A DNA stretch of 64,000 nt, from assembly GCA_013239625.1 (NCBI GenBank), contig MU053652.1, positions 2,544,001 to 2,608,000 on the forward strand, read 5' to 3'. Shown here piece by piece: positions 39,240-53,773 of this stretch. The position numbers and the translations under genes were made by a program. The notes below the pieces were generated by a model that was given only the letters and a program-made list of their open reading frames with translations, was not told the origin of the DNA and searched no databases. The stretch comes from Lama guanicoe. Taxonomy: Eukaryota. The first letter of the stretch is position 1. Each line of letters starts with the position of its first letter.

Positions 39240-39690
39240 CACTTCAACATGGGCTCCTTGGCTTCTTTTGTGTGGTGAACCCCTTCTGGCTCTTCAGTGA
39301 ACCCTGTTATCCAACCCCTCTCAGATTTAAATGCAGAAAGGAAAATACAAAGGATCATAGAGCAAACCAATTGCATTGAAATGTAGTTATAAAAATAATG
39401 AAGAAACAGAATTATGATATAGAACATATATGCTTTTTAATTAACACATTAGACAAAAAGATCTAGTGGCAGGTCTAATAATTATCATAATTTCAAAGTT
39501 ATATTTCCAGAGTATAAAGTGATGGGGGAAATTTATAACTTTTATCTGTGGCAAGTCACAGGTATTGCTAGTATTATGGGTTATAGCGTATATTCATAAT
39601 TGAAGGAAATGCTGAATACATTTGTTAGAGGTTAAAGAACATAAAGATGTTAACTCTTCCTCCATCAAGTTCACATAGCAACTGATTAAT
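39240..39690. mobile_element. hAT-Charlie-like fragment
   Basis: aaatgcagaaaggaaaatacaaaggatcatagagcaaaccaattgcattgaaatgtagttat; atctagtggcaggtctaataa. Confidence 0.55.
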
Positions 39691-42600
39691 TCCTATAAAC
39701 TGTAAAATAAACTCAAAAAGTATATACACAATGTTTCTAATGAGGCAAGCAGTTTGCTTGGTGCTTCTAAAATTTGAGAAAACACAAGACAGAAACCCCT
39801 AAGGTTTCACAATCTATCTAAGGAAACAAAACTTACATATATCACATAGTAAGAGCACTGAACATTTGTAGAAAAACAGACTTAAATTTGTATCCCACCT
39901 ACATTCTACTATAATAAGGACTTGGCCCGGTCATTTACATCTACTTCTAAACTTCAGTTTCTTCATCTCTAAAGTAAGTATTATAATACCTGTTTCACAG
40001 AGTGTTAGGCAGATGGCTTCATAAACAATACCTATCATTATTACTTTAAAGCAATACAAGCACATATCCAAAAGCATATACCAAATGCTATGTCTTTGAT
40101 GTATCACTTACTAGCTACAAAGCCTGAGACACATCATTTGACTTCTACTCTCATTTTCCTCAACTAAAACAGAAAAGATTTTTATCTTCCAGTATAATGT
40201 TCAAATGAGATACCACATGTAAAAGAACTTACAAACTATCAAAAACGATCAAAACATAAGAAGTTGTAAATAATGACTGCTGAAATGACATGATGGTTCA
40301 AATTATATTTGTACATGTACTTTTTCTATAGTACTTAAAATACTACAGGTAAGAAGGCATGAAATCAAGAGCTTCATGAGTATAAGTAACAAAAAAGAGA
40401 CATTCAAAATGAAATCATTTCTTTTATAAATATAATCTTAAATTAAAATTCAAAAGACTCATCCACAAACTACAAGAGAACTCAAGAAAATGTCCAATAT
40501 AGTTACCTATCATTAACACAGAAGGTATTATCATACTCATTTTATACAAAAGGTAGCTTAAAAGAGGAAAGTAAAATTTACCTGTGCTATGGCACTATGG
40601 ATTATACACAACAGATTTTAAAACCTAACCCCTGCAATCCAGTAAAAATGCGGACTTATTTTCCTTGTTAAGTTATGAGCAAACTGACTTAACTTTGGCC
40701 GAAGCCAAATTTAATGAATAAGCTATATTCACTATAAATGAGAACAACCATATTTAGATGTCAGTGCATGATCTGGAGATTATCTGCTGGTGAGTTAAAT
40801 CTTGCTTTTGTTCCCGTCCACTACTGTGAATGACTGAGGGCTGACTATATTTAGAAATTATGTTGTTTAAGGATAAACTTGTTTTTTAAATAAAGCAAGA
40901 GCTTTCAAATATATCACTGTAGAACATAAATGTGAAGTATTCAAATACATTTTTTCTTTTCAGAAGAATTCTAACAATTTATCCCAACCAGGTAAAGAAA
41001 TATCTGTGCTGAATCACCACCAAAAGAAAGTTACACATCACTCAAGTGGTTTATTAAAATGATTTTTAAAGAAAATATCAAACTAAAAAAACTAAAGTTA
41101 ACACAAGCTTTCAGTTTCAGTTTCCTTATATAATTTTTTAAAAAAGCTTATTAAGAAAATGCTGGGAAAAGGCTGGAAAATAAAAACACTGCAGAACACT
41201 ATTTATATTTTTAACAGAAAAGTGAGAAATATGAAGTTATCTGAATATTAATATCCTAAATATCAAATGAGTTAGTGAGTATCTTCAATCATTTGAAAAG
41301 CTCTAATTAACATTTTGCCTGAACGCCATAAAACTAACCCATGAGGGTCAAGTAAAAAAAAAACTTTACAATCAGAAGGCTGATGATAGAAAAGGCTGGA
41401 AAGAAGTGCAATTTCTTGTCTTCAGGCAGCTGAAATCTTTAACTGATTCATAAGAGACCTGTTTTCTTCCAAATTTTTAAGGAAGAAACCATTCAACTTC
41501 CTAACAGACTTTCATTCATACTTTTTCTAGTGAATAATACTAGAGGATTAAGAACTATAAAAGCAGTAGACATTTTCCTTCAAAGAAAACTAATCACTAT
41601 AGGAAATGCACCAAAAAGTTCAAATAAAAGAACTTTAAAGAGAGAGAATACTTCATTTTGCATGACTAAGCAATTAGAAGTTGAGTAAGTACTTTAAAAC
41701 CATAAAATCTAAATTTATTGTATGAAAATATAAGGTATTTTCACTGCTTGTACATTTGAAATGTAAGATCACAGAATTGTTAAAGCTATGCAAGAGTCTG
41801 TAAGAAATGGGTGGTCTGCATACTGGGGAAAGAATTACTCATTAGTGCGAAAGAAGAAACAACCAAGAGTTAAATTTATTCAAAAAATCTGCTTCTTCAT
41901 AAATTGTCATAGGTAAACAGGACATAGATTTTTATATACAATTACTTATTATAGCCAACAGAAACTGTATTTATAAAAAGTAACATAGCAAACAGCCCAA
42001 TTCTAAAACTAGTTTCCCTCTTTCAGTAGTCTTCACTAAGACCTCAGATATTCTTTTTGCCTAGTGGAAATATTTGACTCAATGAAATGAACAGGCCAAC
42101 TCTTAGACTGGCAAACAATGACAATGGAACTCTTCGTTCCAAAAGAGGAAGTTTTCTCCCAAATCAAAACATGAGATTCTGGGTTTTATTATCATTCTTT
42201 AATCTTTAATCTCAATTTTAACATAATACTTTCAAAGGTATGAAATAAAGATGGAAATTAAAACCTTTAAGACTTCAACTTTCCTACCTACTAAATAATA
42301 CATCCTAAAGGAAAACAAATAACGTTAAAAACACTAGTTTTGAGGGGCATTACAAATACTTTAAGCTAAAACACTTGCTAAGTAAACATATGCCTTAGGT
42401 AGCATTTTTCAAATAGTACTTTGCAATCTATTAGTGGGTTATAAAATTAGTTTTATGTGTTTGACCAACATTTTCACACACACAAAATAAAATTTAAAGA
42501 AGAGAAAATAACCATAATATACTATCTTAAGTGATTCATCAGTATTTGGTTTTAGAATGTTACAACTTCAGAGCAACTGCTAACCCTTCCATAAAATAAT

Positions 42601-42695
42601 CAAGGTAATCAAATCACTATATTTCATAAAATTTTCTAAGAAACGTTCAAATGAGAAAATATTTAGAAATAACTGTCAATTATAGATTTATAAAG

Positions 42696-42880
42696 TAGGG
42701 GTCAAAGAGTAAACATTTTGGGTTTTATGGGCTCTGTGGTCTCTTTAACTACTCAACTTTGCCTTTGTAGTGCAAAAGCAAATACAGACATTACGCATGA
42801 CAGTATTCCCATAAAATTTTATTTAAAAAAAAAATGAGGACCTGCAAGATTTGGCCCGCAGACTGTAGTTTGCTGATTGA
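42696..42880. mobile_element. MER58A-like hAT MITE
   Basis: gtaaacattttgggttttatggg...actactcaactttgcc...gatttggcccgcagactgtagtttgctga; ends ~45 bp from the exon 4 donor. Confidence 0.8.
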
Positions 42881-42902
42881 TGATATAAAGAATTTATTTC
42901 TA

Positions 42903-43067
<165 letters not shown>

Positions 43068-44247
43068 CTAAAACAGAGATTAATATCATACTCAGATTTT
43101 AAGGTTCAATCAATGTTCAAAATATATGACAAAGACAACGTAAAGAAGTAGTGAACATGAGAATATGGGATAAAACTTGTACATTCACATCAACTGCATT
43201 GTAACTGTACTCTCTTAATTACACGAGGGTTAATGAAAACTGTTTGCTGTTCATTAAAGAGTGTGACTACAATACATGAAAATGTGTGACAAGACTTAGT
43301 GTCCCTAATGTATAATTAAATATAACTAAAATATTCAAGCAGTAAGAAGAAAATTAAAAAACAATTCACATTCGTACGTTACAACTTAGAGTCAAATATT
43401 GAATTTTTCAGAGAATTAAGTTATTTAATTCTGACTGAGATGCCAATGTTCCTTTTATAGCTCAACAAATTTTCAGACAACCTTATTCTATTGGTTTAAC
43501 AGCATCCACTTTATCTTATATAAAAATAAACCTGTATCATCTCTCTATTTAAACAACTAGGACTGACACAAGTATTTACAGTGAAGTCACTTACCTTCAG
43601 GTTGCCTTATGTTCTGAAATACTTTCATGATTTAAATCAAATGCAGTCTAGATATAATATTTACTTATATAAAGTATTGTGCTAAAGGGACATACAATGT
43701 CACAATTACATTCTAAAATTACATGGCTTTATTTGTCCACTCTATTACTTATTCCCATTTTTTATCATCTAGAGAGCAAATTAACACTTCTATTTCTGGT
43801 GGTCTATGTTGTCAAAACCCAAATTTACTGAGCACCTTCCAAGAGGTAGGCACTGTGCTAGGCATAATTACATACTTTCACTCTGTTTAGTCTCCAATTT
43901 ATACTAAATTCCCAAAATAATACTTCTGGATTAGGGCAACCAATCAATGTTTTGGAAAGATTATATATTTTTATAGCAAAGGTTATATAGCAAAGATTTT
44001 GATTATAACTTAGAAGTATCTCTGAAGTCATTAACAGTTCAAAAATAAGACTGAAAAACAAGAAGTAGAAAAATATCCCCAAATTTTACTCTTTCTTCTT
44101 TGGTAATAATATTAATTAGTATCTGGTGGATTATAAAAAGGGGGGAAAAGGTAATTCAAGCGACAATATTAAAAAATAAGGCACTAGAAATAAAATGGTA
44201 GAAATATTCTTTCTCTTTTGCAAGAAAAATCAAGTCAAGCAGATTTA

Positions 44248-44454
<207 letters not shown>

Positions 44455-45249
44455 CTACAAAAAGGAACAACCAAATTATACATTCCTCCATTAAAACAAA
44501 TGATTATGCAACTTTAGAAGTTAAAATTTGGGACAGTTAACAGAACAATGTATAAGGTCATCCTGTCCATCCTATATTGATTTTTTTTTAATGCTAAAGG
44601 ATAGTATGCAACAGCCAGGCTACCATTACATCACCACTTTTCCCCAGGAAATTATAACATCATGAACACTGCAGATGACAGAGGAAAGAAAGACTAGTGA
44701 GATAACTTCTAATCAAGGAATGGCATTCAATAAAAGATGTAACAGACAATGAATAACCAAATGAAATAAAATTAGAATGAAAAAGTAACAATTACATATT
44801 TTCATGAACTAAACTTCAATAACAAATTCAATGTTCAAAATCAGTGATAAAATTTTAAACCCAAGGAAAAAACCCAGAGATTTACTAATCACTCCTGCCA
44901 ATTTTATACATTAAAAAACTCAGATCTACTATAGCTATGTCTAATGCAGCTCAGGTTCTTCCACTATGCACAGGAAAAAAATGGGATCAGTTAGTCAGGG
45001 AACACATTTTACATTATGCAGAGTATTTTCAATTATAAAAATTAAGATTCAAACTACCACTGGTCAAATATATGGGGAAAAAGTTGTTAGGAAAACAACT
45101 CAGATATTATGTTGCAGTGGCTTCATGCTTCATAATAATGGGTAATACTCATGATAAAGGGAGACAGAATGAACTTGGTGGTCATGCTTCATCCCATACA
45201 CAAAAATTATCTCAAAAATGTATCAAAAGTAATCCAAAATCGATCCTTT

Positions 45250-46355
45250 ATGATCAAACGTTAATACGTAAACCTAAGAGCTAAAACCATAAAACTCTTA
45301 GACTAAAACAGAGGTAAATTTCCATGGCTCTGGATTTGACAATGAATTCTTAGATATGACTCCAAAAGTACAAGCAACAAAATATAAAATAAATTGGACT
45401 TCATCAAAATTAAGTTTTGTACATCAAAGGACACTATCAAGAAAGTGAAAAGACAACCTACAGAATGGGAGAATGTATCTGCAGATACATATTATGTCTG
45501 ATGAGAGTTTAGTATCCAGAATATACAATTCTTACAACTCAACAACAAAAAGACAGACAACTGAATTTAAAAATGGACAAAGGACCTCAAGAGCCCTTTC
45601 GCCAAAGAGAAACAAATGGCCATTGGGCACATGAAAAGATATTCAACATCATTAGTCATCAGGAAAATGCAAACCAAAAACCACAGTGAAATACAACTTC
45701 ACACATACCAGGATGGCTATTATCAAAACAAAAAAAAATAACAAATGTTGTTAAGGAAACTGGAACTCTCATACATGGTGCAGACAATGTGGAATTAGTT
45801 TGGTGATTTCTCAAAAAAGTTAAACATAGAAATGACCCAGAAGTTCTACTCCTAGTTATATAATGAAAAGAAGTGAGAAAGGTATTCAAACAAACACTTG
45901 TACATGAATGTTCAGAGCAGAACTATTCACGGTGGCTAAAAGATAGAAACAACCCAAATGATCCATCAACTGATGAACTAGTGTCTACACAGTGAAATAT
46001 TATTTAGCCATAAAAAGGAATGGAGTACTGATGCACGCTACAACATAGATGCACCTCAAAAACATGCTAAGTGAAAGTCAGACACAAAAGGTCATACATA
46101 TATTGCATAATTCCACTTATATAGAATATTCAGAAGAGGTAAATCCATAGAGGCAGAAAGCAGATTAGTGGTTGGCAGGAACAAGGGTTAAGGGTAAAGG
46201 AGAGACTGCTTAATTGGTACCAGGTTTTACTATGGGGTGAAGAAAATATTCTGGAACTACGCAGAAGTGATAGTTGTACAATACTGTGAATGTACTAAAT
46301 GGCACTGAATTGTATACTTTAAAATGGTTAATTTTATGTTATCTCAATAAAAGAA
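45250..46355 (+). mobile_element. Old L1 (L1MB-like) 3' end
   Basis: aaattggacttcatcaaaatt, aaaagacaacctacagaatgggag, 3'UTR ending aaaatggttaattttatgttatctcaataaaa. Confidence 0.85.
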
Positions 46356-46399
46356 TGAAGTTGGTGGTGACATGAAAGATGATGATGATATAATCAGAG

Positions 46400-47025
46400 C
46401 TAATATCTTGTGGGTACTAACTCTCTTGTCTGGTACATTATTCAGATTTTTATGTGTATTACCTCATTTTAATAGGAGTAGGAGGAATAAGAGTAGTATT
46501 TTAACAATGGTAATTATCCTCATATTACAGATGAAGAAATTTTCGCTTAGAAAGGCTAAATAACTTACTATAGTTACACAGCTAAAATATGGCAGAGCTG
46601 AGATTAAAAATCAGACAATCTGACTCTGGCTGACACTGTTGGTTGGCTGACTCAACCTCCATTCTCAATTCAATTGTTCCTAGCTACCTTCCAGGCAAGA
46701 TTAGGTATATGGCAAAATTCTGGTCAATGAGATGTGAGTAGTTTGTTGTGGGATAAGTTTTGCTTTTTGAAACAAATGCTAACTCTGTGCTATCTGAACA
46801 GTTATAGATGTAACATCCACCATGCAACAATGAAGAAAAAGATCAAGGGAATCACAGAGACAGCCATCTGTGAGCCACTCAACTTTCACAAGCAAATCTA
46901 GTTTTCTTGTGGGTGATGGGAACAGAGACAGGGGTGGTGGGGGAGAAGAAACCCTATTTGTTTAACCCACTGTAATAGGACCTTCTATTATTTGAAACTA
47001 AAAGGATTCCTACTGATTCAGTGAC
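46400..47025. mobile_element. MIR followed by an old MLT1-like LTR
   Basis: attatcctcatattacagatgaagaaat MIR core; aattctggtcaatgagatgtgag and aaaccctatttgtttaacccactg LTR motifs. Confidence 0.6.
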
Positions 47026-47347
47026 TCCAAAATCAAAACTTCACTTAACCACGACACAATAACAACTGTCTAGGTTTATATAATGTTTACATTCTAAGTA
47101 GCTATTAAGATTTCTTTATTGTAGAAATTGCCATAGGAAAATTGAGACTGCTATTCTTAAGTCATTAATCCTTTTTATTCACATCAAATTAATAGGTGTG
47201 GTAATACAATTTTTGGTAATTCAAAGTTTCCTAAGAACACAGCTGTATATTAGAGAACAAACTATACAGCTTGGCAAGGGAGTATTCACATCTCTTTGTC
47301 TTCCTCATTAACTCTCACTTCCTTCCATCTCTTTTTCTCTGTTGCAG

Positions 47348-47499
47348 TTTTTATTTTTTTAATTAATTTTTAATCAGTTTTTTGGGGGGAGGGAGGTAAT
47401 TAAGTTTATCTATTTTTAATGGAGGTACTGGGGACTGAACCCAGGACCTTGTGCTTGTTAAGCATGTGTTCTACCGCTGAGTTCTTTCTATCCTCCCCC
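47348..47499 (-). mobile_element. Vic-1-like SINE
   Basis: ggaggtactggggactgaacccaggaccttgtgcttgttaagcatgtg on + strand, T-rich tail. Confidence 0.85.
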
Positions 47500-47523
47500 A
47501 ATCTCTTTCTCGCTCTCATCTTC

Positions 47524-48008
47524 TTTTTTTTTAATTGCAGTACAGTCAGTTACAACGTTTCAATTTCTGGTGTGCAGCATAATGTCCCAGTCCTGCATAT
47601 ACATAACATATATTCATTTTCATATTCTTTTTCTTTAAAGGCTATTATAAGATACTGAATATAGTTTCCTGCGCTATACAGAAGAAACTTGGGGTTTTTT
47701 TAAAAATCTATTTTTATATATAGTGGCTAACATTTGTAAATCTCAAACTCCCAAATTTATTCCTTCCTACCCCCTTTCCTCCAATAATAATAAGATTGTT
47801 TACTACGTCTGCAAGTCTGTTTCTGTTTTGTAGATGAGTTCATTGGTGTCCTCTTTTTTTCTTTTTTTTAGATTTCACATATGTGTGATATCATACGGTA
47901 TATTTCTTTCTCTTTCTGGCTTACTTCACTTAGAATGACGATCTCTAGGTCTATCCATGTTGCTGCAAATGGCATTATTTTATTCTTTTTAATGGCTGAG
48001 TAGTATTT
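47524..48008 (-). mobile_element. L1 3' end fragment (same family as 30500-35535)
   Basis: Reverse complement matches ~35075-35520. Confidence 0.9.
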
Positions 48009-48929
48009 CTGCTCATTCTTTGAATTCTCTGTTTAGAAGTCAGTTTTCCCTGACAACTGGTTAGTGAGGTATAGTGTTGTAACTAGTAAACCAGGTCTTT
48101 TTAAAAATCTGTTGTACACCATCCATCACCCCATAAATCACCCTCTAAATCCAACAGAAAGCATCTGTGTATGTATATATACAATTTTAATAGTAACCAA
48201 ATAGGATTTTATTATTAAAATTTACACAAGCAAAACATAAACTCTCTGATCTGAAGTAAAGCACAATGATCTGATAAAAATACATCTTAAGTAAAAATTT
48301 TAATATTTAATCACATTATTGCTAAATTTTATAATTTCTAATTTTCAAACTCTTGTGCATCAATGCTGAGCAGTGTTACTATCAAACAGTGCTGTCCCAT
48401 AGCTAAATAGATTACCATTACTTTTAACTTGGAGAAATAACTGCTGTAGATTTAGTAATAACACTGTAAAAAAATTCATTAAGAATTAAGAATGAATATT
48501 TTAGAAAAACTATTTTAGAACCTCTACTATCAACCTTTAAATTCTATATACATGGGTATTAATATATTACTTTAAAAATAAAATGTAATAAATCACAATC
48601 TCTTTATCATACTAGGGGGTAGGGTCACAGAGGATCAAAGAACTATCTATCACACTGTTCTTAACTTAGCCACAGAACTAAGCAAACAATAAAAATTTTA
48701 ATGTTAAAAACTTTTAACAATTTTAGCCTAGAGAGAATTTTCTCAATCTGAAAAACAATTTAAAAATCACTTCTAATCATATGAATATTGACAATTTATA
48801 GGAAATAAAGATGACATAAAGGAGAAAACAGGATGGGAGAGCTAGTGATAGTAGGACTTGCTTTAGAGCTTTAGATGGATCTATCAGTAAAAGTATCTCC
48901 AAGGAGCTGAGACTTACGGGATGGGGAAG

Positions 48930-49373
48930 AGTACATTAGATTCCTCAGGCTGCCATAACATAATATCACAAATTTGGTGGCTTAAAACAACAGAAATTCA
49001 TTCTCTCACAGTTCTGGGGGCCAGAAGTCTGAAATCAAGATGTTAACAGGGCCATGTTCCCTCCTAAGACTTTAAGAGAAGTTTCTTCTTTGCCTCTACC
49101 AGTGACTAATGATTCCTGATATTCCTTGCTTATGGCAACACAATTGCAATCTCTGCCTCCATCTTCACATGACCTTTTTCCTGTATCCCTTTTCATCTTC
49201 TCCTTTCCTGTGTCTAATAAAGACACTTGTCATTGGATTTAGAGCTCAGTCTAATCTGGAATGATCTCATTCTGAGATTCTTAACTTTATCTGCTAAGAC
49301 TTTTATTTCAGATAAGGTTACATTCTATGGTTACACATATCATTGGAGGGGAGGGGCATTATTAACCTACTAC
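48930..49373 (-). mobile_element. MaLR LTR (MLT1B/C/D-like)
   Basis: ggctgccataacataatatcacaaatttggtggcttaaaacaacagaaattcattctctcacagttctgg...gaaatcaagatgtt...aacctactaca. Confidence 0.85.
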
Positions 49374-49909
49374 ACAGAGCCAGTAAGGCAAAAAGACTTA
49401 TGAAAAAAGAGTCCTAGAAACTGTTAAAAGGCCTGCATGGTTGAAGCCTAGAAAGCAATGTGGAGAATGATATTTGAGATTGAAGAGGCAGGCAGTCACT
49501 GTATCATGCATTATAAACACAATGGAATCTATTAAGCACAACGGAAAGCCAAGATTTAATTAACATGACACACACACACACAGTCTGCTTTGCAGAGAAT
49601 AAATTAGAGAAGCTGACAGGTCAGCTAGGATACAGTTACAATAATTCAGACAAGAAATGAGATGAAAGAGACTTGGACTAAGATGATGTAGAGATGGAGA
49701 GAATTAGACAGTTCTGACATATATTTTGGAGAAAGAATGAATGGAATTAAGTGATAGCAGGATATAGGGAGGGGAGGAGGTATCAAGGATGATGGTTTAG
49801 TTCCTGACTTGAATAACAGGGTAGATGAAATATCATTTATTCTAATGGGAAGAAATGACAAAGAACAGGCAACATGGAAATGATACTAGAAAAATCCAGA
49901 TTATATATC

Positions 49910-50360
49910 TACATACATCTCAGGCTGTGTAATAAATCTCCCCAGTGTCCTAGAACAACAGTGAATTATAATTTCTCACGATTCTGTGGGTTCAAGGTCA
50001 GTAACATCTCCTGGACTCATTCATGTAGCTGTATCAGCTGGTGGGTTGGCTGAAGGACTGGACTTAGTTGAGGTGGTGGGTGGGGAGACTGGACTTAGCT
50101 AGGTTGTGCCTCTCTGTGTAGGCTTTTATTCTCAAGGAGCCTAGATGGGCTTTCTTCAGAGTAAGTAGTTTCAGAGTTCCCAAGACAGAGAGAACAGAAG
50201 CTACAAGGCCCCCTGAGGTCTTGCTTAGAAGTTGCAATAACATTTCTAAAGAATTTTCCATTGGTTAAAACAAGTGACAAGGCCAATCAAGATTTATAAG
50301 GCAGGGGAAAAGACTTCACCTCCTACTGGGAGGAGCTGTAATGTGTGACCATTATTAAGA
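49910..50360 (-). mobile_element. Older MaLR LTR (MLT1-like) within L2-like sequence
   Basis: tttctcacgattctgtgggtt, ttccattggttaaaacaagtgacaaggccaa...agacttcacctc. Confidence 0.65.
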
Positions 50361-50439
50361 AATTTGGCCTCTATTCTAGGAGAAGCAAAGAAACATAAAA
50401 GAGTTTTAAGATGTGGAACAACAATAATTCACAATATTC

Positions 50440-51645
50440 TTTCAGGATGACAAACTCAGAAAACTACAAATAGAAGAAAACTTTCTCAAACTGATATAAG
50501 ATATCTATAAAATATCCATAGCTAGCATCATACTTAATGAAGATTCATAATTAATTGGGATGTAAGAAAAGATGGGACTAAGGGGAGTCACAGAAGGAGA
50601 GAAAATATTTGCAAATCATGTATCTGATAAAGGACCTATATACATAACATATAAAGCCTATCAAAATTCAATAATAAGACAACCAAATACTAAAATGGAC
50701 AAAACTTCTGAATAGACACTTCACCAAAGAACATTTAGTGGGGTAAACAAACATGAAAAGATGGTCAATATCAATAATCATTTTTAAAATGCAAATTAAA
50801 ACCACAAAGACCTGTACATTAATTTTCCATGTACCTTTATTTGTAATTGCCAAAAAACTGGAAAACAATTCAGTGCCCATCAACAGATAAGTACATAAAC
50901 CAATTGTGATATGGCCGTATGAGAGAATTCAGTTAGGCAACAACAATGAACTACTGATGCAAACTATAGCATGGATGAATCTCAAAATAATCATTTTGAG
51001 TGAAATAAGTTAAACAAAAAATGCACACTGTATTTTTTCATTTAACATAAAATCCTAGAAAATGCAAATGACTCTACAGTGAAAGAACAGTGGTTACCTT
51101 AAAGATGGGGGGTGGACAAGAGTGGGAGGGATTAAAAGAAGACATGGAAAACTTTGGGGGTAGTAGATATGTTTAGTATTTTAAGAGTGTTGATATTTTC
51201 AAGAGTGTACATGTATGTCAAAATGTGTCAAATTGTATACTAAAAATATGAAGTTTATTGTATATCAATTATACCTTAACAGCTGTTTAAAAGTTGGCTT
51301 TAAAGAAAATGAATAAGCAAGTCACAGACTTGAAGATATTTGCAATACATAATTAACAAAGAACTTATATCTAGAATATATTACAAACAACTTCAATAAC
51401 TCAGTAATAAAAAAGCAAACAAGCCCACTTTTTTACATGAGTAAAAGAATTCACAAAGAAGAGATAAACGAATAGCCAATAAGCAAATGGAAAGAAGTGC
51501 TTAAAATCAAAAGTCATCAGGGAATTATAAATTAAAATAATTTCACACCAACAATAAGCACTAAAATTAAAATGTGTGTCAATGCCAAGTGTTGGTGAGG
51601 CTGTGAAGCAACTGGCAGTCTGATAATTTCATATAAAGTAACATA
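50440..51645 (+). mobile_element. Old L1M 3' fragments; the last continues at ~55258-55820 after the Tigger2 insertion
   Basis: aaaatatttgcaaatcatgtatctgataaagga, gcatggatgaatctcaaaa, gccaagtgttggtgagg. Confidence 0.75.
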
Positions 51646-53677
51646 CAGTTGACCCTTGAACAACATGTATTTGAATTGCAATGGGTCCGCTTACATGCAA
51701 TTTTTTTTCAATAAATATCTTTGAAATTTTTTTAAAGATTTGTGATCATTTGAAAAAATGTAGAAATCTGAAAAAACCTGAAAAACAGACAATTTGAAAA
51801 AAACCTAGAAATACCAGAAAAATTTATGTAAAAGATACGTCATGAATGCATTAAATACACATAGATACTAGTCTATTTTATCATTTACTACCATAAAATA
51901 TACACAAATTTATTATAAAAAGTTAAAATTTATCAAAACTTACACACACAAACCCTTACAGACTATACATGGCGCTATTTGCAGTTGAGAGAAATTTAAA
52001 CAAATGTAAGGTTGCAGCATTAAAATTAACTATAGTATATACTATACAATAGTATTTATGAAATTATTACTATAATTTCATAGCCACCTCCTATTGCTAT
52101 TGTAGTGAGCTCAAGTATTGAGATCATATGCTTAAAATATCATTTAATGCTAATCATCTCCATGTGAGCATCTCCAGTAAACTGCATATCAGTAAAAAGT
52201 GATTTCTAGCGGTTCTCACATATTGTTTATTGTGTTTAGTGCAACACTGTAAACCTTGAATAAAACCATGAGACCCATACAAAGTGTCACTACTGATGCT
52301 GGAAGCACTTTCAAAAAGCGGAGAAAAATCAGGGCATTACATGAAAAAGGTGAATTGCTTGATTTGTACCGTAGATTGGGGTCTGCAGCTGCAGTTGCCC
52401 CCATTTCAAGATAAATGAATCTCACATAAGGACCATTGTAAAAAAAAAAAAAAACAGAAAAAGGAATCCCTGAAGCCATCGCTACAGCTATGCCAGCAGG
52501 CACAAAAACCTTGCAGTTTTTGTAAAATATCTTTTCATCTCATATCGAAAACGCAGCTTTTATGTGAGTGCAGGATTGCTGAAAGAAAGACACACCTATA
52601 GACTAATGATTTGAGAAAAAGCAAAGTCATTATATGACAACTCAAGGCAAAAGGAAGGTGAAAGATCTAAAGAACTGAATGCCAGGAAAGGATGGTTTGA
52701 TAATTTCAGAAAGAGGTCTGGCTTCAAAAATGTCAAGTTAACAAGAGAAGCAGACTTCTGCCAACCAAAAGGCAGCAGATAAGTTCCCAGATGCCATTAA
52801 GAAAATCATTGAAGCTTTTCTGCCTGAACAGGTTTTTAATGCAGATGAATGTGTCATATTCTGGAAACAAAATGCCATGAAGGACATTTATTAGTGAGGA
52901 AGAGAAGTGAGCACAAGATTTAAGGCATGAAGGGATAGGTTAACTTTACTGTTCTGTGCAAATACAGTGGGGTTTTATGATCAGGACTGCTTTTATCTAT
53001 AAGGCTGCTAACCCTGAGCCTTGAAAGGGAAGGATAAACACCACCTGCTCATTTTTCAGTTGTACAACAAGAAGACCTGGACAATGAGAACCCTTTTTCT
53101 AGGTTAGTTCCATTGATGCTTTGTCACTGAAGACAGGAAGTACTTTGTCAGTAAGGGAGTGATTTTTAAAGTTCTTTTGATATTGGACAACACCTCTGGA
53201 TATCTAGAACCCCATGCATACAACATAAAAGGTGTCAAAGTGGTCTACCTGCTCCCAAACACAATGTCTCTAATTCAGCCTCTAGATCAAGGGGTCATAA
53301 GAACCTTTAAGGTTCATTACACACAGTCCTCTACTGAAAGGATTAGTAACATTGTGGAAGAGAACCCTGATACAGAGAACATTATGAAAGTCTGAAAGGA
53401 TTATGTGAAAGCCCTTAAGTCCAAAACAACACATTCTTGCTAGAGAAAACTGTGTCCAGATGTTATACATGATTTCACAGGATTTATGTCAGAGCCAATA
53501 AGGAAATCATGAAAAGATCATTGATATGGCAAAAAAGGTAGGGTGGAAGGTTTAAAACTATGGATCTTGGAGAAATTCAAGAGCTAACAGACACCACACA
53601 AGATGAATCAACAGAAGATGACTTGATAGAGTGTTTCCAAACCAGTGCCAGATGATGAGGAATAAGACACACAAGAA

Positions 53678-53773
53678 CATGCAGGAGGTCCTGGGTTCAA
53701 TCCCCAGTACCTACATATAAATAAATAAACGCAAACCTAATTACCTCCCCCTCTAAAATAAAAACAAACAAAT
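53678..53773 (+). mobile_element. 5'-truncated Vic-1-like SINE nested in the Tigger2 transposase
   Basis: catgcaggaggtcctgggttcaatccccagtacc...aaacctaattacctcccc; A box absent. Confidence 0.85.
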
